32,000 bases of DNA. Origin: Promethearchaeota archaeon (GTDB taxonomy: Archaea; Asgardarchaeota; Hermodarchaeia; Hermodarchaeales; Hermodarchaeaceae). The stretch lies in the NCBI GenBank assembly GCA_048938295.1, contig JBHLMI010000006.1, positions 69,761-101,760 of the forward strand, written 5' to 3'. Positions 26,396 to 32,000 of this stretch are shown piece after piece (positions within the stretch are counted from its first letter, which is position 1; the number at the start of each line of letters is the position of its first letter). The position numbers were made by a program, and so were the translations under genes. The notes below the pieces were generated by a model. It saw nothing but the letters and a program-made list of their open reading frames with translations. It was not told the DNA's origin and did not search any database.

Positions 26396-26494
26396 CTAGG
26401 TTTCTGGTTCATCGAGTTCCTTTCGTCGTTTTGCAATTAGGGAATACAACTTTTCGAAGGTTTCAGGAGGTTCATGTTGCTCCACTTTTTTCAT
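26396..26494 (-). CDS. Possible small protein (32 aa)
   Basis: Manual translation: MKKVEQHEPPETFEKLYSLIAKRRKELDEPET*. It is charged and helical, fills the spacer and abuts the convergent ATPase stop. Confidence 0.3.
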   Translation of the reverse strand: MKKVEQHEPPETFEKLYSLIAKRRKELDEPET

Positions 26495-26598
26495 GAGCTG
26501 GATGCAATATCCGACGGATGGGGTGGTTTACCCGTTCTATCCAAAAGATGTCCATTCTTGATTATTATATTGTAGTTCCTTTGACCACCAAGGATTAC

Positions 26599-27891
26599 TT
26601 ATTCTGTGACAATGTTTTCGATGACTTTGAGGGTCTTGGAGAACTCCTCGTCTGTATGTACAAAGGAGACGCCACCTAACCCATGATATCCGAATACACC
26701 CTCTTCAAGAAGGCGACTTTGAAACAGATTTGTTTGTTCAGTATCAAAGACCTTCCCTAATCGACCTGCAGTGATGAGACCCTCTTCCAATGGCTCTTTT
26801 AGTGAGTGAATGAAAAGGATCGACCCTTTGCCCATTGCTACTTTGTTAGCGTTCGCTCTTCGAAAGATATTGTTGATTTGACGCCGTAATTGGTCACCGC
26901 GTTTATTGAGGGCAGTGTATTTCTGCTTATACGATTCGAGGATCTCCAGTGTTGTTATTCCAGCAACCATGGTCAAGGGATGACTGGAGAACGTACCACC
27001 TCCAACCCATCTCCCACTGGGTACCCCTGGGACAGCGAGTTTCATGACATCAGCCCGACCTCCATACACACCGATCGGGAGGCCACTGGCAATGATTTTT
27101 CCATGGGTTTGGAGGTCGGGTTTGACACCAAAGACTTGGGTCCCAGCAGATCCATAACATAAGCGGAATCCGGTGATAATCTCATCGAAGATGAGTAGGA
27201 TGTCGCGTGATTCGGTTTCTTCACGAAGGTATGGCAAAAATTCTGAATCTGGTTCGATTCCTCCCCCTGCACCTAAAACAGGTTCGATGATCACAGCAGC
27301 TAATTGCTTACCGTGTTTCTTCATGAGCCGATCAACACTAGTAGTGTCATTATAATCGAATGCGACTCCATTATAATAGGGTTCATCCGTGAAAGGATAC
27401 TTGTTATGGTAACTGAGTGCGTCGTTGCCGCCATGCCATCCGCTCCAAGCCTTGGCAACCAACTTTCTTCCTGTGAAGAGCCTGGCTAGTCGCGTAGCAT
27501 ACATCGTCGATTCGCTGCCTGTGGTACAAAATCGCATTTTCTCAAGCTCAGGGATTATTGTCTGAAGCTTTTCAGCATAGAGGACTTGGGCTTCGTTCAA
27601 GGCTCCGAGATGCCAGCCTTCACGGAGTTGTTGTTCTAGGGCCAGAAGAATCTGTGGGTGATTATGGCCTAAAATCATGCAATAATGCGTCATCCAATAG
27701 TCGATGTATTCATTCCCATCGACATCCCAGATATGACAGCCTTCGCCACGTTGCATAAAGGGGGGATGTGCATTCGCACTACCTAGGCCGAAGGTTCGAA
27801 TGTTATGGTTGATTCCACCACAAAAGACCTTTTTTGCACGTTCCCAAAGCTGTCTTGATTTGGGTGAGGCTTGTCGGTATCGTTCCAGCAT
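26599..27891 (-). CDS. Class III PLP aminotransferase (HemL/GSA-aminomutase-like, substrate uncertain)
   Basis: GCHIWDVDGNEYIDY, GWHG, IIEPV, LLIFDEIITGFR, DLQTHGKIIASGLPIG (catalytic Lys), GGTFSSHP. Confidence 0.9.
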   Translation of the reverse strand: MLERYRQASPKSRQLWERAKKVFCGGINHNIRTFGLGSANAHPPFMQRGEGCHIWDVDGNEYIDYWMTHYCMILGHNHPQILLALEQQLREGWHLGALNEAQVLYAEKLQTIIPELEKMRFCTTGSESTMYATRLARLFTGRKLVAKAWSGWHGGNDALSYHNKYPFTDEPYYNGVAFDYNDTTSVDRLMKKHGKQLAAVIIEPVLGAGGGIEPDSEFLPYLREETESRDILLIFDEIITGFRLCYGSAGTQVFGVKPDLQTHGKIIASGLPIGVYGGRADVMKLAVPGVPSGRWVGGGTFSSHPLTMVAGITTLEILESYKQKYTALNKRGDQLRRQINNIFRRANANKVAMGKGSILFIHSLKEPLEEGLITAGRLGKVFDTEQTNLFQSRLLEEGVFGYHGLGGVSFVHTDEEFSKTLKVIENIVTE

Positions 27892-27895
27892 TCGG

Positions 27896-27916
27896 ATTCA
27901 CCCTTAATGGGTGAAT
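27896..27916 (-). promoter_or_regulatory. Hairpin sequestering the SD of the aminotransferase gene
   Basis: The minus-strand RNA reads AUUCACCC-AUUAA-GGGUGAAU-CCGA-AUG; the perfect 8-bp stem contains GGUGA. Confidence 0.55.
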
Positions 27917-27931
27917 GGGTGGTTAGTCTTT

Positions 27932-28969
27932 TTAAGGCGAGTCCTTGAAGACTCGCTCCGTATTGTGTGGAGCGGGTATATCGCGCATGGTGAAAAGACC
28001 GGGTTCTGCGTCAACAATCACTGGGATAAGGTTGAGTAGCATACCAATCGTTGCGTGATCACCATGCACGCCACCTTCGATTCGTTGACAAATGCTAGGG
28101 TGCCCCTCAATTCGGACTTCATCATAAGCAGGGTCAGCATCAGCATAAGCGTTGAAATCTAGCGTGACTAGGGTCTTTCCAGCTTTTTGTCCGATAGCAC
28201 GACTCTTGAGCCCACGTACCATCCCCTTCTCAACGGTGGCAAAGGGCGTAACGATTTTCTTTTCGGCAATGACGGGTTCGGGAGGCAACTCCTCCACATG
28301 TTCGAGCCCCATTTTGAGTGTGTCGCTAATCATCTGCAAGGATTCCACTAATCCCACATGGCCAGTTATCGCTCCTGTGGAAATTGCATGCTCAAAGGCC
28401 TCTTTAGTCATGCCAGTTCCAATCTTCCTCTGGAAGGCAGCCCGTCGTGAACTGGAATTCATATTACGAGTCACATGGATGGTTTCTACATGCTGAATTG
28501 GCGCAGTCAGGAAAATTGGCAATAGATCCATGAGATACCCTGGATTAATTCCTGTACCCAAAATCGACTTCTTCGCTTTGAGACCCATCTCGTGGACTTT
28601 CTTCGAGATCTCAGGGTTCTTTTCATAGGGAAAGGATAGTTCTTCACAGAGTGAAAGCACATCCATTCCAGCATTCAAGCAATCCTGGATAGTGGGTACA
28701 ACTTTTTCTAATGAAGAAGAAGTTGACACTATCGCCACATCAGGGGGATTATTCTTGAATTCAAGTAGCACTTGTTGAAGATCATCGCGTATTTTTAAAG
28801 AAGATGAAATTTCTCGTTCTAATAAATCTGCAAGCGGTTTTCCCTTAAGATTCGGATCAATATCTACCACAGCATCTAAGTGCAGATTCTCTCGTTGAAT
28901 GATTGCTTTGGCAATTGAGCGCCCCAATGTTCCAAAGCCGATCTGAATTACTCGGAATGGGTTTGGCAT
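27932..28969 (-). CDS. 2,4-diaminopentanoate dehydrogenase (Ord)-like NAD(P)-dependent amine dehydrogenase
   Basis: IQIGFGTLG Rossmann motif; CEELSFP, LGTGINPGYLMD, RRAAFQRKIGTG, GHVGLVES, GVHGDHAT, N.IP.IVDAEPGL. Confidence 0.85.
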   Translation of the reverse strand: MPNPFRVIQIGFGTLGRSIAKAIIQRENLHLDAVVDIDPNLKGKPLADLLEREISSSLKIRDDLQQVLLEFKNNPPDVAIVSTSSSLEKVVPTIQDCLNAGMDVLSLCEELSFPYEKNPEISKKVHEMGLKAKKSILGTGINPGYLMDLLPIFLTAPIQHVETIHVTRNMNSSSRRAAFQRKIGTGMTKEAFEHAISTGAITGHVGLVESLQMISDTLKMGLEHVEELPPEPVIAEKKIVTPFATVEKGMVRGLKSRAIGQKAGKTLVTLDFNAYADADPAYDEVRIEGHPSICQRIEGGVHGDHATIGMLLNLIPVIVDAEPGLFTMRDIPAPHNTERVFKDSP

Positions 28970-29041
28970 AATTTCCCACTGTAGGAAGTGGGCTTAAAAG
29001 CTGTTCTGATGCATAATTCCTTAGTTTGATCAGTTTTCACC

Positions 29042-29077
29042 GAAAAAGAAAGGTCAGAGGGACGGAAGCCATCCCTC
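29042..29077 (-). terminator. Intrinsic terminator of the dodecin gene
   Basis: Minus strand: GAGGGAUGG-CUU-CCGUCCCUC (9 bp, one G-U pair) followed by CUUUCUUUUU, 12 nt after the stop. Confidence 0.65.
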
Positions 29078-29088
29078 AACCCGACAGA

Positions 29089-29301
29089 CTAGCCTTTCAC
29101 GTCTTCAATCATGAAGGCGATTTTCACGGTTGCACGGTATTCGACGATTTTACCATTCTTGATGACAGCAGTCATTGCTTTGACATCAGCGCCCGTAAGA
29201 CCTCGAAGAGTCTTGGCAGCAGTGTTTACGGCATTATTCGCCGCGTCTTCCCAGCTTTTCGTCGAATTACCAACTAATTCAATGACTTTGATAACACCCA
29301 T
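29089..29301 (-). CDS. Dodecin-family flavin/CoA-binding protein
   Basis: VIKVIELVGNSTKSWEDAANNAV..AAKTLRG...GKIVEYRATVKIAF; 70 aa from ATG 29301. Confidence 0.92.
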   Translation of the reverse strand: MGVIKVIELVGNSTKSWEDAANNAVNTAAKTLRGLTGADVKAMTAVIKNGKIVEYRATVKIAFMIEDVKG

Positions 29302-29378
29302 TGGCAAAACCTCACACCCTATTTACAGCAAAGTCAGCTTAAGGCTTTCTATCTACAAAGGAATCCATGCTGCTAGTT

Positions 29379-29795
29379 TCATTTGACAGATTTACCAGAT
29401 TCCCTAATGAACAACCCAGCTGCAATAACGAGTAAGCCAGGACTCATAATGATAGGACTCATAATGATAGAAATCGGTGTCCGTGACCCCAACAAGGATA
29501 TCACGATTCCAAGCCCATACACAATCCATATTGCCCCGGTATATACCAAGTCCACGTCACGGAACGAATCGTACGCCAACCACATCAGCCAATAATACGA
29601 AAGGAGACCTGATAAGCACAAGCCAAAGAAAAAGTACACCACCCTCACAGAGTCCTCCAAGGAAAATAAAAAGAATGATTGGAAAAGAAATTGGATAATC
29701 ATTTGACCCAGAGAAAAAAGCTGGAATAGGAAGAACAGAATCAACATCACTATTGCTATAGCAAATAGGATTCGACTCGCCCCTCGGTGCGCCAT
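29379..29795 (-). CDS. Hypothetical 4-TM membrane protein
   Basis: 138 aa, almost entirely hydrophobic; no family recognised. Confidence 0.7.
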   Translation of the reverse strand: MAHRGASRILFAIAIVMLILFFLFQLFSLGQMIIQFLFQSFFLFSLEDSVRVVYFFFGLCLSGLLSYYWLMWLAYDSFRDVDLVYTGAIWIVYGLGIVISLLGSRTPISIIMSPIIMSPGLLVIAAGLFIRESGKSVK

Positions 29796-30004
29796 GAAAT
29801 ACCGCTATTTTTTTCTGAATTTAAATTTTATAATATAGGCACCACCTTTCCATTCCAGTTTCAATATTGAACAGATGAGATACCCGGATTTTAAATCACA
29901 AATAGCTCGGGATTCCTACGGAGAAACAAACTGAGCTGAAAACAGCGAGAAGCAGACCCAAACAACCAAAGTCTTTTTAACCAAACCACCTAATCGGCAA
30001 GTCC

Positions 30005-30020
30005 CTTTACGATTGTAAAG
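30005..30020. promoter_or_regulatory. Palindrome upstream of the glutamate-synthase-family gene
   Basis: CTTTAC-gatt-GTAAAG, about 33 nt upstream of the start. Confidence 0.4.
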
Positions 30021-30052
30021 ACCCCACGACAGAAATAAACAAGAGGTTTATC

Positions 30053-31639
30053 GTGATGGATGATAGTCTAAATAACGCACGATCCACCGATGGCACCGCC
30101 CTCCGTACACGGGATCCCAATCCCGTCAGCGGCATGTGCGGCATCTGCATCCACGACTGCAAAGTTCTCTGCATGATCAGCAAATCCGCCTTCCGTGGCC
30201 ACGAGGTTCTTTACCCAACCAATGAATACTTCGGTCAAAGCACAGCCTCCGCCAACAAGGACTTCGGACTTGACTGGTCGAACTTCCAGCTGCTTGCCGC
30301 CCTCCAGGGTGCCGAAGGGATCGAAGCCGATTCCGACAAAGCATTATTCCCCAACGCTGATGCCTCCACCTCCGTTGGTGGCATCCCCCTCAAGCTCCCG
30401 ATGCTCATTGCGGGGCTCGGGTCTACCGCAGTGGCGAAGAACCACTGGAAAGGCATCTCTATGGGCGCCGCCATGGCTGGAACAATTCAGACAGTTGGAG
30501 AGAATGTCTGCGGGATGGATAATGATAGTGTAATCACAAACGGAAAGGTGAGCCATTCACCGGATATGCAGTTCCGTATCGACTCTTACCGGAAATTCTG
30601 GGATGAGAAGCACGGTGACATTGTGGTTCAAACGAACGTTGAAGACCAGCGGCTTGGAGTTGATTTGTATGCGATTTCCAAGCTGGAAGTGAACGTGATT
30701 GAGCGAAAGTGGGGGCAGGGTGCCAAGTCGATTGGCGGTGAGGTGCGTCTACCAACCCTTGAGCGAGCTAAGAAGCTCAAGAGTCGTGGGTATGTGGTCC
30801 TCCCTGACCCTGATGATCCTGTCGTTCAAGAAGCGTTCAAAGCGGGGACGATTAAGACCTTTGAGCGTCATAGCCGTGTCGGTATGCCAGAACTGAGTTG
30901 CATTGAGGATCTGGAGTGGCTTCGTGAGCAGGGTGCGAAGAAAGTCTTCTTGAAGACTGGTGCGTATCGTCCTGCCGCAACGGCGTTTGCCTTGAAAGCT
31001 GCTAGCGAAGGCAAGGTTGATATGCTCACCCTTGACGGGGCAGGCGGCGGAACAGGTATGAGCCCCATGGCGCACATGAATGAGCTCAGCACACCAACCG
31101 TGTATCTGGCGGCCCAGGTGCTGAAGGGTTGTCAGATTCTAAAGAAGAAAGGTAAGCATGTGCCTGACATTTCGATTGCTGGTGGCTTTATCCATGAGGC
31201 TCAAATTGTAAAGGCGATTGCCCTTAGCAACTTTGGTGCCGGTCCATTCTTCAAGTCAGTGGCTGTAGCACGTGCACCACTCACCGCGGCTATGAAGTCG
31301 GATTACTTCATAGAACTTGCGAAGAAGGGACAATTACCCAAGAGCTTTGTGGATGACTATGGTGATGATCCGGAGAAGTTCTTTATCGCCTCTGCTGATT
31401 TGGAGCACGAATATGGCAACCGCTATAAAGACATTCCCAAACCAGCCATTGGTGTTTACACCTACTTTGAGCGGATTCGGGTTGGTATCCAGCAGTTAAT
31501 TGCAGGAATGCGGAAGTTCAAGCTGCACCTTGTGGATCGCAACGATCTGATGGCTTTGACACCGCTTGCAGCTGAAGTTACCGGGATTCGGATGCCCCAC
31601 CAGGTTGAGGCTGACGTCTTCGAACAGATGCTTGGCTGA
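30053..31639 (+). CDS. FMN-binding glutamate synthase family protein (stand-alone GltB FMN domain with N-terminal Cys cluster)
   Basis: SGMCGICIHDCKVLC, ERKWGQGAKSIGGEV, FERHSRVG, LKTGAYR, DGAGGGTGMSP, IAGG. Start is GTG 30053 or ATG 30056. Confidence 0.9.
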   Translation: MMDDSLNNARSTDGTALRTRDPNPVSGMCGICIHDCKVLCMISKSAFRGHEVLYPTNEYFGQSTASANKDFGLDWSNFQLLAALQGAEGIEADSDKALFPNADASTSVGGIPLKLPMLIAGLGSTAVAKNHWKGISMGAAMAGTIQTVGENVCGMDNDSVITNGKVSHSPDMQFRIDSYRKFWDEKHGDIVVQTNVEDQRLGVDLYAISKLEVNVIERKWGQGAKSIGGEVRLPTLERAKKLKSRGYVVLPDPDDPVVQEAFKAGTIKTFERHSRVGMPELSCIEDLEWLREQGAKKVFLKTGAYRPAATAFALKAASEGKVDMLTLDGAGGGTGMSPMAHMNELSTPTVYLAAQVLKGCQILKKKGKHVPDISIAGGFIHEAQIVKAIALSNFGAGPFFKSVAVARAPLTAAMKSDYFIELAKKGQLPKSFVDDYGDDPEKFFIASADLEHEYGNRYKDIPKPAIGVYTYFERIRVGIQQLIAGMRKFKLHLVDRNDLMALTPLAAEVTGIRMPHQVEADVFEQMLG

Positions 31640-31671
31640 GCGCTTTGTTCTCAGCCCCATCTCCTTTTTTT
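31634..31671 (+). terminator. Hairpin plus T7 terminator
   Basis: GGCTGAG (31634-31640)/CTCAGCC (31650-31656), then TTTTTTT at 31665-31671. Confidence 0.6.
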
Positions 31672-31688
31672 AACTCTGTCAGTGGATA

Positions 31689-32000
31689 TTAGGTTTCAAT
31701 GAGATCGGGTGGATCTAAGTCGGCGTTGCAGTGGGGGCATTTGCCTTTGACCTTCAGGTACTCGAGGAAGTGTACTCGATGGGCTCTGCCTTCACAGTGA
31801 GGGCATTGTAAGGTGACATCAGTTGACCCAATAGCTCTGTTACATACCATGCAGAGGTGTTGTGGGCCGCTCGTTGATGAGGGAAAGGGGGTTTCGGATG
31901 AGTCGTCGATGAGTTCATGGGGGTCGAGATCGGCGTTGCATTCTGGACATTTGCCTTTGACTTTCAAGTATTCTAGAAAGTGGATGCGATGGGCCTGCCC
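31689..32000 (-). CDS. Protein with tandem RING-like zinc fingers, C-terminal part (5' end outside window)
   Basis: The frame is open from 32000: GQAHRIHFLEYLKVKGKCPECNADLDPHELID...HLCMVC-x12-CPHCEGRAHRVHFLEYLKVKGKCPHCNADLDPPDLIET*. Confidence 0.85.
   Translation of the reverse strand, partial: GQAHRIHFLEYLKVKGKCPECNADLDPHELIDDSSETPFPSSTSGPQHLCMVCNRAIGSTDVTLQCPHCEGRAHRVHFLEYLKVKGKCPHCNADLDPPDLIET
31692..32000. repeat. Intragenic direct repeat with 210-nt period
   Basis: ~31700-31790 resembles ~31910-32000 (e.g. CATTTGCCTTTGAC in both), encoding the duplicated finger C-terminal half. Confidence 0.8.

Noticed and set aside
27250-27272. tRNA T-loop-like GGTTCGATTCC
   Set aside because: It lies inside the aminotransferase CDS (GAGGGIEP on the minus strand), the T-stem cannot extend beyond 2 bp, and there is no cloverleaf.
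1850-31499. Remaining short ORF-track entries nested in or antisense to the long genes (e.g. 2719-3036, 5236-5622, 9349-9723, 20656-21045, 25741-26097, 28152-28496, 30195-30533)
   Set aside because: They fully overlap well-supported CDSs and carry no recognisable motifs; they are shadow ORFs.
1-32000. CRISPR array, IS/transposase, integrase, rRNA
   Set aside because: No regularly spaced direct repeats, DDE/HUH/tyrosine-recombinase motifs or rRNA-like tracts were seen.

Overview
Gene-dense archaeal window with no rRNA, tRNA, CRISPR array or transposase recognised. The lineage is probably Asgard (inference from TATA/BRE promoters, GGTGA-type ribosome-binding sites, a TackOD1-like domain, duplicated-Lrp regulators, Ig/TM-anchored surface proteins and a RING-like zinc finger). 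Left to right: a partial PAS protein; a frameshifted remnant of a secreted protein; a PfkB kinase; a PadR regulator with a DrrAB-type ABC exporter behind a clear tandem operator; two tandem GNATs; two small membrane proteins; a 7-bladed FG-GAP-like propeller with a TM helix and a C-terminal C2H2 finger; a nitronate monooxygenase/FabK-family flavoprotein; RidA; a 58-aa 2[4Fe-4S] ferredoxin missed by the ORF track; and an Asp-box propeller surface protein. From 12.9 to 21.1 kb lies a co-oriented putative signalling island with long spacers: two paralogous double-Lrp-like regulators, two paralogous stand-alone 7TM proteins, a TackOD1-Lrp/AsnC fusion and a HEAT-repeat protein. Then follow DUF2085, nadA-nadC-nadE, a minimal FtsX/LolD-type ABC system, a class III aminotransferase with an Ord-like dehydrogenase, dodecin, an FMN glutamate-synthase-family protein and a partial tandem RING-like protein. 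The best novelty candidates are the propeller-TM-UBZ-like finger protein, the kinase-less 7TM/regulator island, the tandem RING-like protein and a GC-rich structured spacer at 18.7 kb. All family assignments come from motif recognition, not database searches.
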